Origin: an uncultured Verrucomicrobiae bacterium
GTDB taxonomy: Bacteria > Verrucomicrobiota > Verrucomicrobiia > Palsa-1439
Length of the DNA stretch: 64,000 nt
Reading direction: 5' to 3'
Assembly (NCBI GenBank): GCA_963812605.1
Contig: CAWEWF010000011.1
Coordinates: forward strand, 1-64,000
Position numbers and translations under genes: made by a program. Positions 1 to 8,465 of this stretch are shown here, piece after piece (the first letter of the stretch is position 1; each line of letters begins with the position of its first letter). The notes beneath the pieces are model-generated. The model saw only the letters and a program-made list of their open reading frames with translations, had not been told where the DNA came from and made no database searches.

Positions 1-605
1 TTCGCCGCTCCCTGGAATGCATTGTCCTTCCAGGCGCCGTCCTCCACCTTGCCATCGGGATACGTCATCTTCCCGGCCCCGTCCATCTTCCCGTTAGCGA
101 AGTGGCCCGCGTACTGCCGGCCATCGGGCCAGGTCATCGTCCCCATGCCGTAAGGCAGGTCGGGTTGCCCATCCACGACCACCCAGTCTCCCTTGTAGGT
201 CCGCCCATCCGGCCATGAAATCGTCCCGCCGCTCTTCGACCCGTCATTGTTCCACGTTCCTTCTTCCTTCGTGCCATCGGGAAAGACGCACGTGCCGCTG
301 GCCCGATAGAGCACGCCATTTCGCCATTCGCCTTTTTGATAGGTCCCGCGCGCATCGGTAAGTGTTCCCCGGCCGTCCGGCTTGCCGTCTTTCATTTCCC
401 CCTCGTAAACCGATCCGTCGTGCGCCACGAAGCCGCCCGGTTGGCTGGAGGTGGCCGGAGCTTGCGGCATGTCCATGCCGGCGACCTTGTTCGTTGCCGT
501 CCCCGGGTCTTTTGCCGCCGGCTCCTGGTCGTTGAGCTTGCCGCACCCGGCAAACAGGGCCGCCGCGAAAATCGTCGTCAGGAAAAATACCGCGCGTTTC
601 ATCAT
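1..605 (-). CDS. MORN-repeat lipoprotein (3' end runs off the window)
   Basis: Manual translation: MMKRAVFFLTTIFAAALFAGC (lipobox-like), then repeats such as YEGEMKDGKPDGRG, YAGHFANGKMDGAGKMTYPDG. No stop before base 1, so absent from the ORF track. Confidence 0.85.
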   Translation of the reverse strand, partial: MMKRAVFFLTTIFAAALFAGCGKLNDQEPAAKDPGTATNKVAGMDMPQAPATSSQPGGFVAHDGSVYEGEMKDGKPDGRGTLTDARGTYQKGEWRNGVLYRASGTCVFPDGTKEEGTWNNDGSKSGGTISWPDGRTYKGDWVVVDGQPDLPYGMGTMTWPDGRQYAGHFANGKMDGAGKMTYPDGKVEDGAWKDNAFQGAA

Positions 606-688
606 CACCTTTTGGATAGCTTGTTCCACACCACTTTTATCATCCCCGCCGGCCCACTTCAAGCCCGCGCGGGTGATGTCTTAATTTG

Positions 689-701
689 CCTCCGTCGCCT
701 G
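689..701 (+). repeat. 13-bp direct repeat CCTCCGTCGCCTG, left copy
   Basis: Identical to 25822-25834; the two copies bracket the phage-like operon. Confidence 0.6.
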
Positions 702-722
702 TAGCCGAAGCGTAAGCTTCGG
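701..722 (+). repeat. GTAG-type REP-like hairpin
   Basis: GTAG + CCGAAGC-GTAA-GCTTCGG perfect stem. Confidence 0.7.
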
Positions 723-833
723 TGGTAGCGATGCGGCAAATTACGACACTACCTCCACGCGGAAACGCCTCGAACCTGGTTTTTCGCCCTTCTTCTGCTA
801 AAAACATCCGCGAAAACCCCAATGTTTACGGGC

Positions 834-879
834 CTTTGGAAGAAAAGCTTCCAAAGCTTCCAAACCTTCCAAAGCTCGC
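834..879 (+). promoter_or_regulatory. tandem 9-mer array upstream of phage-like operon (putative operator)
   Basis: AAAGCTTCC AAAGCTTCC AAACCTTCC AAAGCTCGC (844-879) preceded by inverted copy CTTTGGAAG (834-842). Confidence 0.4.
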
Positions 880-963
880 TCACGGCTTTTTTCAGCTTCC
901 GATACTCTCGCCCGCGTTGATGCAACCGCCGTCAAAAACGCAGCGAATACGAGGAGATCGAAA

Positions 964-1860
964 ATGAATCTGTTGTCGAAGATCGCCCTGCTGGTCGGCC
1001 GCAGGAAGTTCGAGGAATTCGCCCAGGCCAACCCCACGCTCCCGGACGACGCGCTCGCCGTCGCCAATACGCTCGACACGTATCCCGTCCGTGGGGCGGT
1101 CGCGCTCGTCGCCGGCTCGCTCGCCCAGGCGGTCGACAATGTGTTGCATGGCACCGAAACAATCGCCGCCGCCGCGACGCACGCGCTCCTGGTCCTCGCC
1201 GCCCTCTGCATCATTTGGGTCCGCCACGCCATCAGCAAACACGACGTGCGCGTCAACGACGTCGTCCAAAAAGCCCGCGCGGTTTCCGGAATCGGCTCGA
1301 AAACCTTGCCCATGATCGTTGCGTTCGGACTTGGCGCGTGGCTGTTTGTTTCCTCTCCGAATTGTAGGGCAAGCGGCCCGCTTGCTGTCGTTTCGGAATC
1401 GGCAAGCGGGCCGCTTGCCCTACAAACGAACACGACGGCGGAAGCGCAAACGAATTCCGCCGCACCTCTCCTCGACAACGCCTTCACCCAACTCGTCACC
1501 GACATTGGCAAGTCCACCAAGTTCAGCAGCGGCGTCGGCATCAATCTTCACGCGAAGGTCGCGCCGCTGCTCTCGCAGGAATTGCCGCTGTTCGGTCGCA
1601 CAGGCACGAACTCCTCCTGGTCCACCGGCCCGTCGCATGCCACCTTCTTTCTCCCCGCCGAGAACGAGGAGCAACTCGGTTGGTCGTTGAGCGGCAGTTG
1701 GAAATCACCGCCGCGCCTCTTGCGCTTCGCGTTGTTCAACGCCAGCGACATCGACTGGACCGTCAACTGGGGCCTGCCCGTCGAGGATTACTACCAGCTC
1801 TTCCGTCACGTCGACTGGAAGGAAAACCGGTTCGGTCTCTCCGTCACGCGGAAATTTTGA
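964..1860 (+). CDS. membrane protein: holin-like N-terminus plus beta-rich C-terminal domain
   Basis: GAGGAG RBS; two hydrophobic segments; ends RFGLSVTRKF; first gene of the operon, where Mu-like phages place lysis genes; contains a 60-bp REP doublet. Confidence 0.6.
   Translation: MNLLSKIALLVGRRKFEEFAQANPTLPDDALAVANTLDTYPVRGAVALVAGSLAQAVDNVLHGTETIAAAATHALLVLAALCIIWVRHAISKHDVRVNDVVQKARAVSGIGSKTLPMIVAFGLGAWLFVSSPNCRASGPLAVVSESASGPLALQTNTTAEAQTNSAAPLLDNAFTQLVTDIGKSTKFSSGVGINLHAKVAPLLSQELPLFGRTGTNSSWSTGPSHATFFLPAENEEQLGWSLSGSWKSPPRLLRFALFNASDIDWTVNWGLPVEDYYQLFRHVDWKENRFGLSVTRKF
1364..1423. repeat. inverted REP doublet (REPIN-like) inside CDS
   Basis: GTAGGGCAAGCGGCCCGCTTG...CAAGCGGGCCGCTTGCCCTAC, 60 bp, read as [21 protein letters not shown]. 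Confidence 0.9.
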
Positions 1861-1878
1861 ACCCGGGAACACTAAGGA

Positions 1879-2244
1879 ATGAATGAACCACACGGAATCA
1901 ACTGGGGCGCGGTCCTGGCCTTCGTCGCGATCCTCGAATTTCTCCGCAGCGTCGTCATCTATATGTTCATCAGCCCGTTGCGCGGCGCGGGCAAGAAGAT
2001 CGACCACCTCGAAAACCAGCTTAACGGCCTTAATTTCACCAACCTGCAAAAAAGCGTCGAGGACCACGAGAAACGGATGCGCACGCTCGAAAGCGACGCG
2101 ATGCCCATCGACGATTTCCAGCGGTACGTGGACACCGCCGAGCGCGATCGCCGCCTGATGAACAAGAAACTCGACATCCTCCTGCAACGCACCGCGCACC
2201 TCCGCGAACCCGAAGATGAAAGGGAACTCTCCGATGAAACCTGA
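1879..2244 (+). CDS. single-TM coiled-coil protein (Mu gp25-like position)
   Basis: N-terminal TM then heptad-rich region; lies before the gp26/gp27-like genes. Confidence 0.6.
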   Translation: MNEPHGINWGAVLAFVAILEFLRSVVIYMFISPLRGAGKKIDHLENQLNGLNFTNLQKSVEDHEKRMRTLESDAMPIDDFQRYVDTAERDRRLMNKKLDILLQRTAHLREPEDERELSDET

Positions 2245-2506
2245 AGAACTCCGCGACCTCCGCGTCGCGCTCCTGCGCGAACTCTACCGCCTGCAACCGC
2301 TCGGCCGCCGCGCCGTCGTGCTCCACAAGCTGGTGGAAGCCGAAGTCGAGTGCACCGTCGCCGAGGTCAACGCCCAGCTCGCGTTCCTGCGCGGCAAACA
2401 TTTCCTCTGCGAGGTCAAAGCCGACGACATCTCCCCCGGCCTCGACCCCTATTGGTTCATCACCACCGAAGGCATGGTCCACTGCGAGGCGAAACGGCTG
2501 GTATGA
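2234..2506 (+). CDS. Mu gp26-like small winged-helix protein
   Basis: RVALLRELY...EVNAQLAFLRGKH...ITTEG pattern; synteny; ATGA overlap with next gene. Confidence 0.65.
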   Translation: MKPEELRDLRVALLRELYRLQPLGRRAVVLHKLVEAEVECTVAEVNAQLAFLRGKHFLCEVKADDISPGLDPYWFITTEGMVHCEAKRLV

Positions 2507-3159
2507 CGAAGCTCTGGCGAAAAAGCCGCAGCAAGATTGCCATGCTGCCGGAAGCGATCCGGATGGAGATCAACCGGAGGATCCGGAATGGTCAGCAGTA
2601 TTTGACAATTGTCCGGTGGCTCTTTGCCCAAAAGGCCAAGAGTGAGATTCCCGATCTCCGGTTGAAAAAGGGCGATCGTTATTCACTGGTTTGGTCGCGT
2701 GATTCAAGAATGCCCCAACGGGTAGAAGAGAACGCGATGCACTCCTTGTGCATGTGGTTCCAGAGCCACTACCGCGAGTGGCTGCGGGAAGAGGTCAGAC
2801 AAGACAAATCGATTCGCGCGCTGAAGGAGATGCAGGAATTGAGCAGCGTCGCCAGCGAAGAAGCCCGGCCCGGGGCGGTGCTCGGCGGCAACATGCTGAT
2901 TCAGTCCATGCTTCTGGAGACCATCAAAGTGCTCCACGAAGAGAATGCCGATCCACGCGAAATCGCCCGCCTGGCCGCTGCGTGGGCGCGACTGAACCAG
3001 GCCGCCACCGAGAACGAAAAGCTGAGACTCCGCACGGAGGATTCCATCGATGCCGGCCTTGCAGCCCTCAAGGCCGAAATCACGAAAGACCCGGAAGCCG
3101 TCGCGTTGTTCAGGAAACTTCACGACATCGTGAAAGGTTCGCCAAAACCAAGCGCATGA
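2503..3159 (+). CDS. Mu gp27-like (DUF3486) terminase small subunit
   Basis: N-terminal RSKIAMLPEAIRMEINRRIRNG motif; directly upstream of large terminase with ATGA overlap. Confidence 0.7.
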   Translation: MTKLWRKSRSKIAMLPEAIRMEINRRIRNGQQYLTIVRWLFAQKAKSEIPDLRLKKGDRYSLVWSRDSRMPQRVEENAMHSLCMWFQSHYREWLREEVRQDKSIRALKEMQELSSVASEEARPGAVLGGNMLIQSMLLETIKVLHEENADPREIARLAAAWARLNQAATENEKLRLRTEDSIDAGLAALKAEITKDPEAVALFRKLHDIVKGSPKPSA

Positions 3160-5336
3160 ACACCGGCTTCCAGCGCATTTACCAGTCCATCGAACTCGAC
3201 GAAATGCCGAAAGTCAGCACACCAAGGGTGAATTCCTTCCGCGAGTTCCTCGAAAAACACGCCCGCGTCAAAACCCCCGACGGCAGCTATCACCCCTACA
3301 CCTTCCAGGGCCGCGAGGCGCTGGAATTTGTGGTGGGGATTATCGACCACATTCTTGGTAGCGCGAGCGTCCCGCTTGCGGTCGTTCCGGCGACCATCAC
3401 CGGCGATTCCGCAACGGCGGCAACCGGGACGGTCGCCCTACCAGCAACATCCCATGTTCCGATCTCCGACGCCCGCCTCACCGCCACCGGCTCGGCGCAA
3501 TGGGGCAAAACCATCCTCGAATTAAACTTTCTCGCCTACGCCGCCGGTATCCAATTTCGCTCCGTCGGCCTGTTCCTGCCCGATGAAAGTCTCGTCGAGG
3601 GCATCGTGGACAGCAAACTTCGTCCCGATGTCCTCGACCAGCAGCCGTGGCTCAATTCCCTGATCACGCTCGGCAAAGCGGAAAACGCGTCGGGCAAAAC
3701 CGTCAACCGCAAGGGTCTCTTCACCTGCACCGATGGCCGGAAAAGATCGCACGGGATGATCCACGGCATGCAGAAAATCCCCACCACCTTCAGCTTCGAC
3801 ATCGTGATCGAGGACGAGAAGGACGACATCCCGCCGACCATGTCGCGCTACCTCACCGCCCGCATGACCGCCAGCGATCTGCGCTTCCGCTTAAGCATCG
3901 GCACCCAGCGCTACGCCGGCGCGGGACAGAACAAGGAGTTCGAGGACGGCACGATGCACCTCGGCCATTTCACCTGTGCGGCATGCGGCCACAAACAAAA
4001 CCCCGAAGAAAACTGGCCGCAAATTTGCCGGCTCGCCATCGACGACGCGCCGCAATGCGATGATCCACAACTGACTTTGGAAGGGAATTTCAAGAGGACA
4101 CAGGCAGGGACGCCTGTGCCACCAGAGCAGATATTTGAGTTCGAGCCTGATGGCAATTTCTACCTCGCCTGTGTCCATTGCGGCGCGGAGCTTGACCGTC
4201 ACGCTCCCGAATTTATCGCGCAGCATCCCGAACGCGAGAAGTTGCAGCATTGGTCCGTCCGTATTTCGCAACTGCTGGTCGCCGCCATCGCCTTGAAACA
4301 GATCGTCGCCGACTGGTGCCACAACGCGGTGCAAGACCCCGACGCCATGAAGACGTTTTACGTCGATCGCCTCGGCCTGCCGCGTTCCAGCAGCCAGCAG
4401 CTCGACCAGAAAATCCTCGACCGCGCCCGCAGCCTCGAACATTTCGACCTGTCACTGTCGCCGCGACGACCGCAGGCAGGGACGCCTGCGCCACCAGTGC
4501 AATATTACGCCGGGCTCGATACTGGCGACAGATGTTGGCTCACCGTTCGCGAAGTGGAAACGACCGCAGGCAGGGACGCCTGCGCCACCATAAAACGCAT
4601 CACGTGGCTGGAGCAACTCAGCGCCGAACGCGTCCGCGCCCGCGTGCCACAGATTTTCGAGTTGCTGGGAATCAGCACGTTGTTCGTGGATGCCGGCCCC
4701 TTGCGCGATCTCGCGCGCGATCTTTGTTTTCTGTTGAATGGCCTCACCGGTTTTCATCCCGCGCCGCTTCCCGATCCCGAGCGCGCCGTCATTCATTTTC
4801 CGGGCGGCCTCACGTGGGACGGCGCGAACCAGCGCTGGCGCGGCCTGCGTTGCGCCGCCGTCGAGTTCACGCTCAAGGAAGGGAAGGGCGTCGTCCACAA
4901 ACTCGGCATCACGCAGGACGGCCTGTTTTATCCCGTCATCGCCTGCAACCGCGACGAGACCATCGAGCGCGTCGTCAACGAACTGCTCACCGCCGCCGAA
5001 AACGTCATCGAAGTCATCGACAGCAAACTGCGCACCACGCCGTCGATCCGCCTGCCCGCGCGCGGGGTCGCCACGCCGAAGATCATCGACACGTTCGACG
5101 CCCACATCGTTTCCGGCAGCCGTCGCGAGCGCGACGAACGCGGCCGGGCCGAGCATTTTGTCGATGGCTGTGAAAACCATTTCCTGCTCAGCAACGCCTA
5201 CAGCGCGCTCGCGGAATCCGTCGGTGAACGCGGTTTCGCGCCTCCTCCCACCGGCGCGATGAATCCCGCCGCCGCCCTCACCCTCGGAAACCGCGGCCGC
5301 TGGGGCGCGCCCACCCTGGCGAGGAGGCCGTGGTGA
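3156..5336 (+). CDS. terminase large subunit, gpA-like
   Basis: Walker A GSAQWGKT, Walker B IVIEDEKD, CxxC pairs (CAACGH, CVHCG), nuclease AGLDTG; four REP-derived segments. Confidence 0.85.
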   Translation: MNTGFQRIYQSIELDEMPKVSTPRVNSFREFLEKHARVKTPDGSYHPYTFQGREALEFVVGIIDHILGSASVPLAVVPATITGDSATAATGTVALPATSHVPISDARLTATGSAQWGKTILELNFLAYAAGIQFRSVGLFLPDESLVEGIVDSKLRPDVLDQQPWLNSLITLGKAENASGKTVNRKGLFTCTDGRKRSHGMIHGMQKIPTTFSFDIVIEDEKDDIPPTMSRYLTARMTASDLRFRLSIGTQRYAGAGQNKEFEDGTMHLGHFTCAACGHKQNPEENWPQICRLAIDDAPQCDDPQLTLEGNFKRTQAGTPVPPEQIFEFEPDGNFYLACVHCGAELDRHAPEFIAQHPEREKLQHWSVRISQLLVAAIALKQIVADWCHNAVQDPDAMKTFYVDRLGLPRSSSQQLDQKILDRARSLEHFDLSLSPRRPQAGTPAPPVQYYAGLDTGDRCWLTVREVETTAGRDACATIKRITWLEQLSAERVRARVPQIFELLGISTLFVDAGPLRDLARDLCFLLNGLTGFHPAPLPDPERAVIHFPGGLTWDGANQRWRGLRCAAVEFTLKEGKGVVHKLGITQDGLFYPVIACNRDETIERVVNELLTAAENVIEVIDSKLRTTPSIRLPARGVATPKIIDTFDAHIVSGSRRERDERGRAEHFVDGCENHFLLSNAYSALAESVGERGFAPPPTGAMNPAAALTLGNRGRWGAPTLARRPW
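3358..3441. repeat. degenerate REP doublet inside terminase
   Basis: GTAGCGCGAGCGTCCCGCTTGCGGTCGTTCCG...GGGACGGTCGCCCTAC, 84 bp; related to 19642-19701 and 22941-23000. Confidence 0.85.
4099..4590 (-). repeat. three GTGG-type REP copies inside terminase (4099-4123, 4467-4496, 4561-4590)
   Basis: CGACCGCAGGCAGGGACGCCTGCGCCACCA family, read as QAGTPVPP, QAGTPAPP and TAGRDACAT; also at 8718, 15501, 15924, 23512, 49815. Confidence 0.9.
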
Positions 5337-5350
5337 AAAGGAACGACGTT

Positions 5351-5385
5351 AACGCTCAACGTCCAACGTTGAACATTCAACTTTC
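5351..5385 (+). repeat. degenerate heptamer tandem repeat
   Basis: AACGCTC AACGTCC AACGTTG AACATTC AACTTTC; same family at 19234-19327. Confidence 0.8.
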
Positions 5386-5502
5386 AAACTATCGGAAATC
5401 CGCCGTTGTAGGCCGCAAGCCGAGTCAGACGAGACACGCCGAATTATTGCCGGCGGCGCAACCCTCACGCGGCGTCGGTGGACTGGAGAATAATTTTGAA
5501 AA

Positions 5503-5566
5503 TTGTAGGGCGGGCATCTTGCCCGCCATCAAACCAACAGCGGCGGCCAGGATGGCCGCCCTACAA
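5503..5566. repeat. intergenic inverted REP doublet
   Basis: TTGTAGGGCGGGCATCTTGCCCGCC...GGCGGCCAGGATGGCCGCCCTACAA. Confidence 0.9.
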
Positions 5567-5584
5567 AACAACGGAGGAATAAAA

Positions 5585-5980
5585 ATGAAGAAGCACCTGT
5601 TCTCAATCCTGCTCACTGCGAGTGTCCTGGCGACCTACGTCTACGCCCAGGGTGGCTACCCGCTCGGCTCGGACGTTGCGTCGACGATCAGCACGAGCAA
5701 ATTCAACATCGCCGGCGCGAGTTCGACGCTGGTGGCGACCGACAACGCCAACCGCGTGTTCTGCAAGATCATCCAGCGCGGCACCAATGCCATCGATGTT
5801 GGTTACGGCCTCACCGTGACCAACGGCCAGCAGGACTACCTTATCGGCACGGTCGGCAGCACGTGGGACACGAAACGCCCGACGCTCTACAAGGGATCCA
5901 TCTCCGCGATCCTCGACAGCTCGACGGCGAACCTCACTTCCACCGTCACCGTGATCGAAGGCTCGCACCAGAGTTTCTAA
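5585..5980 (+). CDS. small beta-rich protein with signal-peptide-like N-terminus
   Basis: GGAGGA RBS; MKKHLFSILLTASVLATYVYA-Q; between terminase and portal. Confidence 0.75.
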   Translation: MKKHLFSILLTASVLATYVYAQGGYPLGSDVASTISTSKFNIAGASSTLVATDNANRVFCKIIQRGTNAIDVGYGLTVTNGQQDYLIGTVGSTWDTKRPTLYKGSISAILDSSTANLTSTVTVIEGSHQSF

Positions 5981-6005
5981 CCGCCGGTCGATCACGAGAA
6001 ACCAA

Positions 6006-7607
6006 ATGGCCAATCGCCTTCGAAAAACGTGGCGCAAACTTGTCGGTGTAGCCGCCGCCTTCCCGGCGGCAATCGCCGGGGCGTCCGGGACGGACACCGC
6101 TACACGCGGTCTCTTCCAATTCGGCGAGAGCAATCTCGTGGACGCGCCTCGTAGAACCGGCGTCTCGCCCGTTCCTCCGGTAGCCGGCACCATCGTCAAG
6201 GCGCAGGTCGCCGAGCGCTGGATGAACCAGGTCACGCGCGGCCTCACGCCCGAGGCGGTTGACGATTATCTCACCACCGCGATCAGCGGCGACACGTTGA
6301 ACCAGTTCGCGCTTTTCGAGGAGATGGAAGAGAAGTGGCCCGAGCTGCGCCTCGCGCTCTACAAACACAAACTCAAGGCCGCCCGCCGCAATCCGCGCAT
6401 CGTCCCGCCCGATCATCCGCAAAATCCCGCCCTCGCCAAAGAGAAAGCCGACTTCGCGAACTACGTCTTCGCCGCGATGCGCAACTGGCATCGCACCGCC
6501 TTCAATCTCCTCGACGCCGTCGGCAAAGGCATCAGCGGCGCGGAGATCGATTGGCAACCAGGGGAGGTGGCAGCTTCGGGGTCGTTGGTAGGGCGCGCTG
6601 GCCCAGCGCGCCGCGCCGCTGTCGTCATCGCTGAAATGCCCTGGGTGAATTATCGGCACTGGAGTTGGTGGTGGGACCGACCCGAATTGCAATTATTCCC
6701 CGACTTGCGCAACCGCGCCCTGCACATCGACGTGCCCGAGCGCAAGTTCATTATCTTCCATCACCTCTCGAAGAGCGGGCATCCCGCGCGCGCCGCGATG
6801 CTGCGCCCGCTCGCCTGGTATTTCCTCATTTACCTCTACACGATGAAGGACTGGAGCACGCTCGCCGAGACCTTCGGCGTCGATATCGCCCACGCGTTTT
6901 GCAACAAGGACGCCACCCAGGAACAGCGCAACGCCATCCTCCTGCATCTCTCCCGGCTCGCCGCGCGCGCCGGCGTGTTCGATGAGGGAACGGTCGTCAA
7001 TCTCCAGCGCGCCGCCAGCGGCAGCGCGTTCCCGCAGGAAGCGCTCGTGAAATATTGTTCCGAGAAAGCGCTCGAATGTCTCCTCGGCGCGACGCTCGGC
7101 ACACAAGCCGGCACCCACGGCGCGCGTTCCTTGGGATTGGTGCAACAGGACGAAACAGAAGAGATGGTGGACTGGACCTGCCTCCTCTTCGCGGGAACGA
7201 TGACCGGCACCGCGTTGCGGTGGCTGATGGATTTCAATTTCGCCGATCCCACCGACAATCCCGTGATGGAATTGCCCGGTGCCAGCCGCCGCGACATCGC
7301 CGCCCTCGCCAACGTCGTCAACACCCTGGTCAACCTCGGCCTCCGCGTCCCCGAATCCTGGGCCCACGCCCAGTTCGACATCCCGCAGCCCGGCACGACC
7401 ACCGAGCGTCTTTTAACGCCGAGCCAAACCGGCAGCGCGGGCCCCGTCGATACCGATACATCTGACGTTCCGCTTAACGGATCTGTGGAACGCGCTCTCG
7501 AAGCCATGCGCCTCAAGGCCGTCGCCGCAGGCCGCGACCCGGAATCCATCGACCGCGAGAAGCTCATCCTTGCGGAACTCGTCACCGGCCACACGAAAGG
7601 GACCTGA
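6006..7607 (+). CDS. Mu gp29-like portal protein (DUF935)
   Basis: ALFEEMEEK, LLDAVGKGISGAEIDW, LLGATLGT, SLGLVQQD, LVNLGLRVPESWAH motifs; REPs at 6151-6173 and 6581-6613. Confidence 0.9.
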   Translation: MANRLRKTWRKLVGVAAAFPAAIAGASGTDTATRGLFQFGESNLVDAPRRTGVSPVPPVAGTIVKAQVAERWMNQVTRGLTPEAVDDYLTTAISGDTLNQFALFEEMEEKWPELRLALYKHKLKAARRNPRIVPPDHPQNPALAKEKADFANYVFAAMRNWHRTAFNLLDAVGKGISGAEIDWQPGEVAASGSLVGRAGPARRAAVVIAEMPWVNYRHWSWWWDRPELQLFPDLRNRALHIDVPERKFIIFHHLSKSGHPARAAMLRPLAWYFLIYLYTMKDWSTLAETFGVDIAHAFCNKDATQEQRNAILLHLSRLAARAGVFDEGTVVNLQRAASGSAFPQEALVKYCSEKALECLLGATLGTQAGTHGARSLGLVQQDETEEMVDWTCLLFAGTMTGTALRWLMDFNFADPTDNPVMELPGASRRDIAALANVVNTLVNLGLRVPESWAHAQFDIPQPGTTTERLLTPSQTGSAGPVDTDTSDVPLNGSVERALEAMRLKAVAAGRDPESIDREKLILAELVTGHTKGT

Positions 7608-7616
7608 TGAACGCGC

Positions 7617-7853
7617 TCAAGACTTGGGGAGTTGCCGTGGCGGGCCTGTGCCTTCTTTGCGCATCAGCTCGCGCCGAAACTGGATGTACCGGTCGCGAAT
7701 CAGATGGGCGAATTCGTGGGGAGAAACTGAAGTTCCTTGCAGCACCTCAGCGACCAGACGGTCGTACCGCTGCTTGCAAGTGGCGACTTGATCGGGTTCG
7801 GCGCATTCCAGTTCGTACTTCGCCCGGAGAATGGTTTGAATATCTTTCATCAA
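7617..7853 (-). CDS. hypothetical protein (antisense insert)
   Basis: 78-aa ORF with natural composition, convergent on the portal stop. Confidence 0.55.
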   Translation of the reverse strand: MMKDIQTILRAKYELECAEPDQVATCKQRYDRLVAEVLQGTSVSPHEFAHLIRDRYIQFRRELMRKEGTGPPRQLPKS

Positions 7854-7912
7854 CCATTCGCGGACAGGTTAACCACGCGGGCGAAGATTTGCTGCAAGTG
7901 CTTCGGCCGTAC

Positions 7913-8395
7913 TCACATGCCGATCTCCCGCAGGGCCGCTTCGCGGCGCGCAGGAGTCATGTCGCTGTACCACTCGGCGTGGTTCATTCGCAAGGTTTCG
8001 ACGAGCGCCCGCAAGTCCTCGACTTGCAGACCGAGATGTTTGGGATCGACCTCGGTGTGGTCGTTCATATCGAGAAGGAGCAATTCGCCGGAGGCCAACA
8101 GGCCGGTCAACAGCACGCGATGAAATTGAAGATCGCGCGGCTGGGGATCAACGAGAATGAGCTTTTTCTCCTCGGCGCGGCGAAACATCTTCACGGCGCA
8201 CAGCCACAGCGACAGGCGATAGAGAAGAGTGCGTCTGCGCTCGGAAATTTCCTGCTCGATTTCTGCAACCAGCATCCGCACGGCCAACCAGTCGGGCGGT
8301 GCCAGGTTGAAGTCAAAATGGGGCTGCGCCAACTCGGTTTCCACGAGGAAGAATATACTCCTAGGGATTGGAAGCTTCAAGCCGATTTTCGCCAA
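7913..8395 (-). CDS. hypothetical helical protein (antisense insert; start uncertain)
   Basis: 160-aa ORF, L/E/R-rich; true start may be MLVAEIEQ near 8275. Confidence 0.55.
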   Translation of the reverse strand: MAKIGLKLPIPRSIFFLVETELAQPHFDFNLAPPDWLAVRMLVAEIEQEISERRRTLLYRLSLWLCAVKMFRRAEEKKLILVDPQPRDLQFHRVLLTGLLASGELLLLDMNDHTEVDPKHLGLQVEDLRALVETLRMNHAEWYSDMTPARREAALREIGM

Positions 8396-8465
8396 AGAGA
8401 CGGAAAAAACCGCTGCCTACATGCTGCCGGTGTGGCCAAGACAACCCCGTTTTCAGGAGGTCATC

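Noticed and set aside
606-963. Mu-type TG...CA ends
   Set aside because: No convincing matching ends or 5-bp duplication found at the two borders.
2748-3155. N-terminal extension of terminase in the ORF track
   Set aside because: Overlaps the small subunit gene; the ATGA-coupled start at 3156 is more plausible.
5150-5215. Inactive terminase nuclease (NHFLLS lacks Asp)
   Set aside because: This motif varies among gpA-like families; cannot be judged without an alignment.
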